Part shown: in pieces, positions 52,415 to 61,362 of the stretch
Numbering within the stretch: the first letter of the stretch is position 1
Layout of the letters: the number at the start of each line of letters is the position of its first letter
From: an uncultured Planctomycetota bacterium
Lineage (GTDB): Bacteria; Planctomycetota; Planctomycetia; Isosphaerales; Isosphaeraceae
DNA length: 64,000 nt
Reading direction: 5' to 3'
Assembly (NCBI GenBank): GCA_963845755.1
Contig: CAWJTV010000031.1
Span: forward strand, 1-64,000
Program-made: the position numbers and the translations under genes
Notes under the pieces: model-generated
Databases searched by the model: none
Seen by the model: the letters and a program-made list of their open reading frames with translations, nothing else
What the model was told of the DNA's origin: nothing

Positions 52415-53470
52415 ATGCTGGATCGACCAGGCCGAGGAGGAGTCCAGGTGATGGAACACCGCGAACCTCCCCGGATCTCATCCGGAGACCTCCGTACCGA
52501 AGTGCTCACGGCCGATGCGACCGATCGGGTCCCCCTTTCCGTGCGAAAATGGCGGAAACCCTTGGCTAGCATTGGTTATCGACGAGCGATCCTCTTCCTC
52601 GCGGGCCTGGTCGCCGCAGGGGCTATCTTGATCTATCTCGGATTGCGCGGGGTCCGGGCAGCCGTCGGCTGGCTGACGGTTCAGCCGGCTTACCAGGTCC
52701 GGTTCCGGGATATAGGACTGGTCCCCGGCCCACCCGATTGGTATCGCAAAGGGAGCGTCGACTTTCTGGAGAGTGTCCGGCAGTGCGCCGAAGAATCGGA
52801 GACACTTCCGGTTCTCGACCTGGAACCCGGGCGGATCAAATTGTCGTTCGAGCGGAGTCCCTGGATCGAGCAGGTCCTCAAGGTGAGCTATCCTCCCCGA
52901 GGCCTGCGCGTGGAGTTGCAATACCGCGAGCCGGTTGCCCTGGTCGATATCCCGCGATCCCACCACAAGTATCTGCTGGACGAGAACGCGAGGATCCTGC
53001 CGTTGATGGACGTTGATGTTGACGGACTCCTCCGTCTCGGGTCCATCATACGGATCTCCGGTGATGACTTGGTGGAGCCTCTGGACCCTCGTCCCAAACA
53101 CATCTGGGAATCCAGGCCAGGTGTCCACGATGCCGCAGCGGGGATCGCGCGAATTCCAGGCGCGGCCAGGCTCGCGTCCTATCTGGTCCAGAGAATCCGC
53201 TTACTCGACCCGTCTCGGCCGATGGCACTGGAGATCGTCCCGACCGACCCTCCGCATTGGGGGTGGTTCCTCTGGGACGCCGGGAGTCGTCCGATCCTGT
53301 GGGGACAGGCCCCCGGTGAGGAGCCACCGGGAGAGATGTCCGCGGAAGAGAAATGGACCATGCTTCGCCACTGGAGCCGGGAGGATCCGAAGCGACTCGA
53401 GCGGCCGCCCGGCTACTGGAGGTTCACGAAGGGAGGTGTCCGCTACCACGAGCTCAAGGTTCCTCGATAA
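52415..53470 (+). CDS. FtsQ/DivIB-like bitopic protein (divergent)
   Basis: A single TM, then SPWIEQV.KV.YP..LRVELQYREPVALV...YLLDENARIL resembling the POTRA/beta-domain junction; follows murB. Confidence 0.6.
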   Translation: MLDRPGRGGVQVMEHREPPRISSGDLRTEVLTADATDRVPLSVRKWRKPLASIGYRRAILFLAGLVAAGAILIYLGLRGVRAAVGWLTVQPAYQVRFRDIGLVPGPPDWYRKGSVDFLESVRQCAEESETLPVLDLEPGRIKLSFERSPWIEQVLKVSYPPRGLRVELQYREPVALVDIPRSHHKYLLDENARILPLMDVDVDGLLRLGSIIRISGDDLVEPLDPRPKHIWESRPGVHDAAAGIARIPGAARLASYLVQRIRLLDPSRPMALEIVPTDPPHWGWFLWDAGSRPILWGQAPGEEPPGEMSAEEKWTMLRHWSREDPKRLERPPGYWRFTKGGVRYHELKVPR

Positions 53471-53619
53471 GTTGGCCAAGGACCGGGACAATCGCGGCGG
53501 ACGCTGTCCCATTGTGAATAGAGTAGGGATGCCCGCCGTGGGCGGTGGCTTTCACCGCCCGGATGCGGCATCGCCTTCGGCTGACCGAGAAGGCACGATC
53601 AAGAGGGAGTCTGCGTCAC

Positions 53620-55572
53620 ATGGCCACCCGCCTTGGCCCGTCGTGGCTGAATCAGGTCCAGCGATTGGCTGGTCCAACCTACACCGGCCGGTTCAGCCGT
53701 TTCGCCGTGCTGGTCGACCGCATCAATGCACTGGAGTTAACGCTCGAGAAATGCACTGACGAGGAGCTGAAGGCGCGGGCTCACGCCCTGCGATTGAGGG
53801 CTCGTCAGGGAGATTCGCTCAATAGCTTGCTGGTGGACGCCTTCGCGATGGTTCGCGAGGCCGCCAAGCGGACGATCGGCCAGCGCCACTTCGATGTGCA
53901 GATCCTCGGCGGGATCGCGATCCACAACCGTTGCATCTCCGAACTGGAGACTGGCGAAGGGAAGACGCTGGTCGCCACGATGCCGGTTTTCCTCAACGCC
54001 TTGCCGGGTAAAGGCGTGCACGTCGTGACGGTAAATGACTACCTCGCTCGTCGCGATGCCGAATGGATGACGCCGATCTATCAGTTGCTCGGTTTGACGG
54101 TTGGCTGCATCCAGACGGGCCAATCGGACAGTTCGCGCCGGGACGCCTATGCCTGCGACATCACTTATGGCACGGCCAAGGAGCTGGGGTTCGATTTCCT
54201 GCGAGACGAACTTAAGCGGCTCAAGATGGGCGGGGATGCCCATCGCAAGACGTTCGAGCAGGTTTATCTGGGCCGGGGAGACCAGGTCGACTCCGAAAAG
54301 CCGGTGCAACGCACGCATTACTTTGGGGTTGTGGACGAAGCGGACAGCATCCTGATCGACGAGGCTCGAACCCCGCTGATCATCGGTGCCAATAACCAGC
54401 CCACCCAGGAGGAAGCCGCGGCGTATTACGGAGCCGATCAACTTGCCGCAACCCTCGTCCGAGTCAAAGATTACAAATACGAGCCGCTGGAACGGAAGGC
54501 CGAGTTGACCGCCGCGGGCCGACGCAAGGTCCAGGCGGTGGCGGCGCACTCCGCCTTCGTCACGCTCACCGTGGACGGTCTTTATGAGTATGTGGAGCGT
54601 GCGCTCCGCGGCCAGATTGCTTATCTCCGTGACCGGGACTACGTAGTGGTTGATGGCGAGGTGGTCATTGTCGACGAATTCACCGGTCGAATGATGCCGG
54701 GCCGGCAGTGGCAGGATGGCCTTCACCAGGCGATCCAGGCCAAGGAAAAACTGGAGATCACCCTGGAAACGATCACGGCCGCACGGGTCACGGTCCAGGA
54801 CTTCTTCAAGCGCTACGCGAAACTGGCCGGCATGACCGGCACGGCTTCATCCGATGCGGCCGAGCTGCGGCGGATCTACAAGGTCGGCGTCTTCAAGGTC
54901 CCGACCAACCGGCCCGGACGCCGGGTCTGGCTATCCGACCGCGTCTTCTCGACCGAGGAGGAGAAGTTCCGGGCGGTCGCCGACCAGATCATCGAATGGA
55001 ACAAGCAGGGCGCCCCGGTCCTGGTGGGAACGCGGTCGATCGAGAAGTCGGAAAAGCTCAGTGCCTTGCTTTCGACCGCGGGCATAGAGCACCAGATCCT
55101 CAACGCTAAGAACCATGAGATCGAGGCCCAGATCGTCGCCCAGGCCGGTCAGAAGGGCAAGGTCACAGTGGCCACGAACATGGCCGGTCGCGGGACGGAC
55201 ATCAAGCTCGGCGAGGGGGTCGCCGGGGTGAGCGGACTGCACGTCATCGGTACCGAGCGTCACGAGGCGCGCCGGATCGACCGCCAGCTCTCCGGGCGTT
55301 GCGCGCGGCAGGGTGACCCGGGAATGGCCCAGTTCTTCGTCTGTCTCGATGACGAGATCGTCGAAACGTTCGGCGAGAAGCCCGCCGCAAGAATTCGTAG
55401 GCGATACAAGGACAGCGGTGAGCTGACCAGCTTACAATGGCGACGGTTCTTCGTGAGGGCCCAGCGGAAGAAGGAACGGCAGCACTTCCGTGATCGCAAG
55501 CTCCTGATGCACTACGAGAAACAGCGGGCCGAGATGCGTAAGAACATGGGATTGAACCCTGTGCTCGGTTGA
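53620..55572 (+). CDS. secA: Short SecA paralog (650 aa)
   Basis: TGEGKT, VTVNDYLARRD, DEADSILIDEARTPLII, GMTGTA, TNMAGRGTDI, QLSGRCARQGDPG. Confidence 0.92.
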   Translation: MATRLGPSWLNQVQRLAGPTYTGRFSRFAVLVDRINALELTLEKCTDEELKARAHALRLRARQGDSLNSLLVDAFAMVREAAKRTIGQRHFDVQILGGIAIHNRCISELETGEGKTLVATMPVFLNALPGKGVHVVTVNDYLARRDAEWMTPIYQLLGLTVGCIQTGQSDSSRRDAYACDITYGTAKELGFDFLRDELKRLKMGGDAHRKTFEQVYLGRGDQVDSEKPVQRTHYFGVVDEADSILIDEARTPLIIGANNQPTQEEAAAYYGADQLAATLVRVKDYKYEPLERKAELTAAGRRKVQAVAAHSAFVTLTVDGLYEYVERALRGQIAYLRDRDYVVVDGEVVIVDEFTGRMMPGRQWQDGLHQAIQAKEKLEITLETITAARVTVQDFFKRYAKLAGMTGTASSDAAELRRIYKVGVFKVPTNRPGRRVWLSDRVFSTEEEKFRAVADQIIEWNKQGAPVLVGTRSIEKSEKLSALLSTAGIEHQILNAKNHEIEAQIVAQAGQKGKVTVATNMAGRGTDIKLGEGVAGVSGLHVIGTERHEARRIDRQLSGRCARQGDPGMAQFFVCLDDEIVETFGEKPAARIRRRYKDSGELTSLQWRRFFVRAQRKKERQHFRDRKLLMHYEKQRAEMRKNMGLNPVLG

Positions 55573-55588
55573 GCGTGGCGATCGGCGT

Positions 55589-56596
55589 TCACTTTCGCAG
55601 GAGTCGCTTCCCGTGGCGGCGGACGGCTTGATCGAGCGCGTCGATCGCACCCAACCGGCTCTCGGCATACGCGATCCGGTCTTTCGAATCCCCCGGTTTC
55701 GGCACCGCCGCCAGGTACGTCTGGAACTTCCGGATCTGCTCTCCCTGCAAGAGGTAATGCACCAGAAGCCATGATTCGGCGTAGGCCAGTTGACCGGTTG
55801 TCGGCTGGTCGAACAGGTTGTCTTTCGTCAGCAGGTCGCTGAGGGGAATCCAACCGCCATTCCTCAACACCTCGAGCCTGACGCGGTTGATGCCACCAAA
55901 CGCTTTCGCGTTTCCCGCCTTCCCGTTGGCGGGCGGCGTCCAGAGCTCGCCGTAAGTTGCCAGGCCCTCACTGATGGTGCGCGGGACATCGGCTGTCCGC
56001 GAAAGCAACCCCGTGTTGAAGCAGATGAGGTGGATGGTCTCATGGACCAAGGCGAACGTGTTGACTCGCACCGCCTGCGCATTCAAACTCGCCTGGGAGT
56101 CCCTCAGATCGAACATCATGAGTTGATTGCTGTCCAGCTCGTACTGGCCCGCTACCACTTCGTCGGGATTGTCCTGGATGTAGGCGTTGAACGAATCGGC
56201 GTTCTTGAGCGTGACCACGGTCATGCGATCTTCCGGATACGCCACCGCGAAGCCGCGTCTCCGGAAATAGGCAAGAAAGTCCTTCCCGAGCGCCTCACAG
56301 ATCTTGTCAAGCGCCTCCTGCTGAAACCGTGACGGCGCATCGCCCAGGGCCAGGAAGTGGGCACTGCGCCGTTCTCCAAAGGCTCCGAGCCCCACCTTCT
56401 TCGCTCGGAGCTGAACCTGCACGACGACCTCTTGCTCCGCCTTCTTCGCTTTCGGCGGGGCTTGCGCCCACACCGTCATCGTCAGGCCGGTGAGCACCAA
56501 GGCGGTAACGCACAGCCAACGGCGACGAGACCAAGTTGACGAACCACGTTGACTCGAATCGATCGTGACGACAGACTGGCGATCGTGGAGATCCAT
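55589..56596 (-). CDS. DUF1570 domain protein (HExxH zincin-like)
   Basis: HETIHLICFNTG, SEGLATYGE, AYAESWLLVHYL. Confidence 0.8.
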   Translation of the reverse strand: MDLHDRQSVVTIDSSQRGSSTWSRRRWLCVTALVLTGLTMTVWAQAPPKAKKAEQEVVVQVQLRAKKVGLGAFGERRSAHFLALGDAPSRFQQEALDKICEALGKDFLAYFRRRGFAVAYPEDRMTVVTLKNADSFNAYIQDNPDEVVAGQYELDSNQLMMFDLRDSQASLNAQAVRVNTFALVHETIHLICFNTGLLSRTADVPRTISEGLATYGELWTPPANGKAGNAKAFGGINRVRLEVLRNGGWIPLSDLLTKDNLFDQPTTGQLAYAESWLLVHYLLQGEQIRKFQTYLAAVPKPGDSKDRIAYAESRLGAIDALDQAVRRHGKRLLRK

Positions 56597-56869
56597 CGGT
56601 CATCCTCCGAGGCCGGCACGCGGTTTGTAGGAGAAGTGGAGTGTGTCCTCCGAATCCATTCTGGCATCGGACCCGCGGGAATCGCCAGAGAGGTCTCGGT
56701 CGACCTCCTGCGTTCATCCCACCGCAACGCGAGACCCGGCTGCCGTTGACTGGCTCGGCTGGAGCGACGGGGAGCGATGCAATACCGCCACATTGTCTTC
56801 CCAGTTTCAGCAAGCTAACTTGAAGGTTCGCCCGATCTTTGCGACCCACCCCCGACAAGGAGCCCACTC

Positions 56870-57562
56870 ATGAGGACGCTCGCGTCGGCCTTCCTGCTCG
56901 TTGAGTTCCTGGGTTTCGCGACCTTAGCTTCCCAGGCGCAAACAGAATCCACGAAGTCCTGGCGCCATCTCTTCGATGGCAAGAACCTCGATGGATGGGA
57001 ACATATCGGGCCTGGAAAGATGGTGCTGGAGAATGGAATGATTCGCACGGAAGGGGGCATGGGACTGCTCTGGTACACCAAGGAGAAGTTCGGAGATTGT
57101 GTGATTCGCGTCGTCTACAAGGTGACCAGCAAGGATTCGAATTCGGGCATCTACGTCCGAATTGCCGACAAGCCGAAGGACCCTTGGTTCGCGGTCCATC
57201 ACGGGTTTGAGGTGCAGATCTGCGATGCGGAAGACGAGTACCACGGCACGGGCGCCATCTATTCGCTCTCGAAATCGGTCGCGCGGCCGGTCAAGACGGA
57301 CGGTGAATGGAACACGATGGACATCACCCTTAAAGGCCAGCAGATCCTCATCTTGCTCAATGGCGGGCAGGTGAATGACTTCGATGCCGAGAAGTCGCAA
57401 GTCCCGAAACGGGTCAAGGACTATGAACCGGAGCGCGGCCCGCGTCCCACGTCCGGCTACATCGGCTTGCAGAACCATGGCGATGTGACCGGAGATTCCC
57501 AGGTGTACTTCAAGGAAGTGAGCGTCCGACCCCTGACTCCGCTCGACACGCCGAAGCGATAA
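56870..57562 (+). CDS. DUF1080 / 3-keto-disaccharide hydrolase family protein
   Basis: LFDGKNLDGW, NSGIYVR, EVQI, GEWN, GYIGLQNHG. Confidence 0.9.
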   Translation: MRTLASAFLLVEFLGFATLASQAQTESTKSWRHLFDGKNLDGWEHIGPGKMVLENGMIRTEGGMGLLWYTKEKFGDCVIRVVYKVTSKDSNSGIYVRIADKPKDPWFAVHHGFEVQICDAEDEYHGTGAIYSLSKSVARPVKTDGEWNTMDITLKGQQILILLNGGQVNDFDAEKSQVPKRVKDYEPERGPRPTSGYIGLQNHGDVTGDSQVYFKEVSVRPLTPLDTPKR

Positions 57563-57667
57563 CGACCCCGTCGGGAGGCACGATTGACCAAGGCACCCGG
57601 AACCCGTAGAGTAAATCGACCGGGACAGGACCGCATCACTTCCTGCGAATTCGCGTGGTGAACCTTG

Positions 57668-58659
57668 ATGAGTGCCGTGTACGGACCCTCACCATTTTAC
57701 CTCGGGATCGACCTCGGCGGCACGAACATCAAGAGCGGCGTGGTGGACGATGATGGCCAGGTGCTGTCCGCGATCAGCATCGAAACCGAGGCCGATCGCG
57801 GCCCGGTTGTGGGTCTCGAGAATCTGGCCGAAGCGGGTCGCCGCGCCGTCGAATCGAGCGGATTGACGTGGGACCAGATCGCTGGGGTCGGGCTCGGCTC
57901 CCCAGGAACCATGGATCTGGTCGCGGGGTTGTTGCTGGATCCGCCCAATTTACCCGGCTGGGACAATCTGCCGATCCGACAACTCCTCGGGGACCGGCTC
58001 AAGAAGCCGACGGTGCTCCAGAACGATGGGAATGCCGCAGCCTACGGCGAGTACTGGACCGGTGCCGGTCGCGGGGCTCAAAGCCTGGTAATGTTCACGT
58101 TGGGAACCGGAATCGGCGGCGGGATCGTGATCGACGGCCTGATCATGGAGGGGCGCCATAGCCATGGAGCCGAGTGCGGCCACATCATCGTCCAGATGGA
58201 GAACGCCCGTCAGTGCTCCTGCGGCGCCTATGGTCACCTGGAGGGCTATGCCTCGGCGACCGCGCTGGTCAAGCGCGCGCCTCGAGGCCCTGGAGCAGGA
58301 CAAGGATCCCGAGCCGGCTCCGCGCACTCGACGCGGAGACGATGACCAGTCGAGCGATCTCCGAGGCCGCCGCGGCGGGCGACGCCCTGGCACGGCGGCT
58401 GATGCGCGAGACCGCCTATTTCCTGGCCGTCGGAGCGGTCTCGATGATGCATACGATCGATCCGGACCTCGTCCTATTCGGCGGTGGGATGATCCAGGCG
58501 GGCGATTCGCTCCTCGAGGATATCCGCCAGGACGTCCGGCGGATGGCCTTCCCGATACCGGCCGCGAAGACGCGCATCGAGTTCGCGAAACTCGGAGGAG
58601 AAGCCGGGTTCGTCGGCGCCGCCGGATGGGCCCGGACGGTGCTCAATCGGCCTTCTTGA
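57668..58659 (+). CDS. ROK family sugar kinase, glucokinase-like (frameshift near 58280)
   Basis: GIDLGGTNIK, NDGNAAAYGE, TLGTGIGGG, ECGH..CSCG..GHLE, and a C-terminal AGFVGAA. Confidence 0.9.
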
Positions 58660-59158
58660 CCGCGGCGGCCTTTTTCTTTTGGGCCGCCTTCTTGTTCTTC
58701 CCCGCGGCTTTTGCCTTCGGTTGGGCACCTCCCAGGAACTCTTCCTGGGTCAAGTATCCATCGACGTTCTTGTCGAGTTGGTCGAACCGTGCCTTCGGTC
58801 CCGTGAACTCGTCGCGATTGACTTTACCATCGCGATCCTTATCCATCGCCTGGAACCGCTCGAACGCCTTCTTCTTGGCATGATCGGAAAACTCCTTGAG
58901 CTCCACCAGCACGCTCCGGAATTCGTCCGACTCCAGCTTGCCGTTGTGATTGGCATCTCCCTGTTTCAGGAGGCGTTCGAATGCAGGTTGCGCCTTGGCC
59001 GGCACTTCCTCCTTGTCGATGGCCCCATTCTGGTTCGCATCGAGCTCGACGAATAGCTCGCGCGGCTGAAACCCCAGTCCCGGTGCTTGTGCAAGTCCCA
59101 CTCCCACCAAAGCCCCCGCCGTGAACAGTGCGATCCCACCTCGAAAGAACGAACTCAT
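58643..59158 (-). CDS. Secreted EF-hand protein
   Basis: DANQNGAIDKEE, DANHNGKLESDE, DKDRDGKVNRDE, DKNVDGYLTQEE; signal peptide; Lys/Ala tail. Confidence 0.88.
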   Translation of the reverse strand: MSSFFRGGIALFTAGALVGVGLAQAPGLGFQPRELFVELDANQNGAIDKEEVPAKAQPAFERLLKQGDANHNGKLESDEFRSVLVELKEFSDHAKKKAFERFQAMDKDRDGKVNRDEFTGPKARFDQLDKNVDGYLTQEEFLGGAQPKAKAAGKNKKAAQKKKAAAVKKAD

Positions 59159-59400
59159 GACGCGATCTCCGGGATGACTCGCTACTCCCAGTCCCAGGGG
59201 ATTCAACCCCAGACCTCTCCGAAAGTGTCTGAGGGCTCCGAGGTCATGGCCTGACACACCCCTCACCGGGGCGATGCCCTCTGCGTATCCCTGAATTATA
59301 CGCATTCCTCCGTTCGGATTCGGACAGGGAATCCCAAGGCCGGTTTCGCCGTCCCCTCTACCCGACGCGACGGGCCAGGCTACCCCCTTCCTTTCTCCCC

Positions 59401-59442
59401 TTGACGCGGCTAGACTCTTCGCTACCCTGCAATGCATAGTAG
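59401..59442 (+). promoter_or_regulatory. padR promoter with overlapping palindromic operator candidate
   Basis: TTGACG at 59401-59406; palindrome CTAC-cc-TGCA-a-TGCA-ta-GTAG at 59422-59442. Confidence 0.55.
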
Positions 59443-59462
59443 TCATGGCGGCGAGGACATCG

Positions 59463-59795
59463 ATGAGTCCCTGGGAGACGCAGATCCGGAAGGGCCTGGT
59501 CGAGCTGGCCGTGCTGGCCACGATCGCGAAGCGGGAGTCCTACGGTTATCGCATCGTGGAGGAACTGGGACGACTCGAGGGGCTGGAACTCACAGAGAGC
59601 ACGGTGTACCCCGTACTGACGCGACTGGCGCGCGAGGGCTTCCTGGCGATCCGAGCCGAGCCCTCGCCGGCGGGTCCGATGAGGCGGTATTATCGCCTGA
59701 CCGCCGACGGAGAGCGGCGCTTTCGCCGGATGTCGGAAGGCTGGAGGACGATTTCCCGATCCCTTTCCGGGTTACTCGAAGGAGCGCAACAATGA
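59463..59795 (+). CDS. PadR family transcriptional regulator
   Basis: QIRKGLVELAVL, YGYRI, ESTVYPVLTRL, RRYYRLT..G. Confidence 0.93.
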   Translation: MSPWETQIRKGLVELAVLATIAKRESYGYRIVEELGRLEGLELTESTVYPVLTRLAREGFLAIRAEPSPAGPMRRYYRLTADGERRFRRMSEGWRTISRSLSGLLEGAQQ

Positions 59796-60403
59796 TCACG
59801 ACTGCCGCAGTTGAGATTTCCGGCCCCGTGCAGGCGCTGGTAGATTCCCGGCTCGACACGATCGATCGGCTGCTGATGGGACGCATGCCCCGGCAGGACC
59901 GTCTGGCGATCGTCCGGGAGGTGGAAGCCCAGATCTTCGAGCAGCTCCAGGAGCGTGAGGGCGAGGACCTTACGCGCGAGGACGTGTTGGCAGTGCTGAC
60001 GCGGTTGGACCCGCCCGAAGCCTACTTGCCCGAGGAGGCGGGAGACGCGATTTCGGTCTCGACGCGACGATCCTTAGGGCCACGCGCCGTCCGACCGGTT
60101 CGCACGGGAGATCCCAGGCTCGCGAAGCTCAGCGGCATCCTTGGCCTGGTGGTCACGGCGCTAATCTTGCTCAGCCCCGCGGAATGGATGATTGGGGCCC
60201 TGTTCCAGTCGAATACGCTTATCGTGACCCTTTGGGTCGGGACCATTTTCTTGGTCTTCGTGGGAGGGATCCTGTCCGTTACGCTGGGTATCGCCTCGCG
60301 CATGGGTAGCGCATGGGCCGTCGCCGGGATTCTGACAGGTAGCTTCTCCCTCATCATCGCACTCATCGTAGGACTTCTCTTGCTTCTCGAGCTTCGTGGA
60401 TAG
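59792..60403 (+). CDS. PadR-associated membrane protein (HAAS/DUF1700-like N-terminus + 3 TM)
   Basis: ATGA overlap with padR; IVREVEAQIFEQL...LDPPEAY; three hydrophobic helices. Confidence 0.75.
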   Translation: MITTAAVEISGPVQALVDSRLDTIDRLLMGRMPRQDRLAIVREVEAQIFEQLQEREGEDLTREDVLAVLTRLDPPEAYLPEEAGDAISVSTRRSLGPRAVRPVRTGDPRLAKLSGILGLVVTALILLSPAEWMIGALFQSNTLIVTLWVGTIFLVFVGGILSVTLGIASRMGSAWAVAGILTGSFSLIIALIVGLLLLLELRG

Positions 60404-60453
60404 TGATCTTCGAGCCTTCCTGTCACGTCCTAGGTTTCGGTGGAGCACGATTG

Positions 60454-61362
60454 ATGCCCCTGGAAGCGATCGGCCCGATGATCCGGCGCGCCCTGGAGGG
60501 AAAGTACGCCGTCGGCTACTTCGAGAGCTGGAACCTCGAGTCTCTACAAGGGGTCGTGGACGCGGCCGAGGAAACGCGGTCTCCGGTGATCCTGGGCTTC
60601 AACGGCGACTTCCTGAGCCGGTCGACGCGGCTGGCCGCCGAGCGCTTGAGCTGGTACGCCGCGCTGGGCCGGGCCGCGGCCGAATCGGCCTCAGTCCCCT
60701 GCGGCTTGATCTTCAACGAATGCCCGCGCGACGATTGGGTCCGCGCGGCGGTCGAGGCGGGCTTCAACCTGGTCATGCTGGCCGATCCCGAGGCACGTTT
60801 GGAGGACTACACCCGGCGAGTTGCCGAGTTCACTCGGCTGGCGCATGCGCGAGGCGTCGCCGTGGAGGCCGAGCTTGGCGAGCTGCCGAACGGTACGAGT
60901 GGCGGGGCTCCGCTCGGTGGCCATGCGACCGATCAGGTCGCGGCGGCCGAGTTTGTCGCATCGACTGGGATTGACCTCCTGGCCGTCAGCGTGGGGAACG
61001 TCCATATCCTCACGGAGGGTCAGCGCGGCCTGGACCTGAACCGACTAGCCGAGATTCGCCGGCGCGTCGACGTCCCGTTGGTCCTCCACGGCGGTACGGG
61101 AATCGCGGCGGATGCCTTGCGCCAGGCCATCACTCTGGGGATCGCCAAAGTCAACTTCGGGACCTATCTCAAGCAACGCTACATCGAGGTGGTCCGTGCG
61201 GCACTCGGCCGGAACACGCCCGATCCTCACCATCTGCTCGGAATCGGAGGGCCGGAGGATGCCCTTGTCGCCGGACGCCGTGCCGTCCGCGATGCTGTGC
61301 TCGAACGTATCGGCCTGCTCGGCTGTTGCGGGAAGGCGGCCAATGCCGCTGGAGGTCGTTAA
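60454..61362 (+). CDS. Class II fructose/tagatose-bisphosphate aldolase-like protein (atypical active site)
   Basis: YAVGYF, SPVIL, VEAELG, AVSVGNVH, PLVLHGGTG and KVNFGT present; HLDH replaced by IFNE. Confidence 0.85.
   Translation: MPLEAIGPMIRRALEGKYAVGYFESWNLESLQGVVDAAEETRSPVILGFNGDFLSRSTRLAAERLSWYAALGRAAAESASVPCGLIFNECPRDDWVRAAVEAGFNLVMLADPEARLEDYTRRVAEFTRLAHARGVAVEAELGELPNGTSGGAPLGGHATDQVAAAEFVASTGIDLLAVSVGNVHILTEGQRGLDLNRLAEIRRRVDVPLVLHGGTGIAADALRQAITLGIAKVNFGTYLKQRYIEVVRAALGRNTPDPHHLLGIGGPEDALVAGRRAVRDAVLERIGLLGCCGKAANAAGGR

Noticed and set aside
2030..58300. About 20 frameshifts suggesting mass pseudogenisation or programmed frameshifting
   Set aside because: They are isolated single-base slips in unrelated genes with intact motifs and no accumulated stops or recurrent slippery site. 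Long-read consensus error is the simplest explanation.
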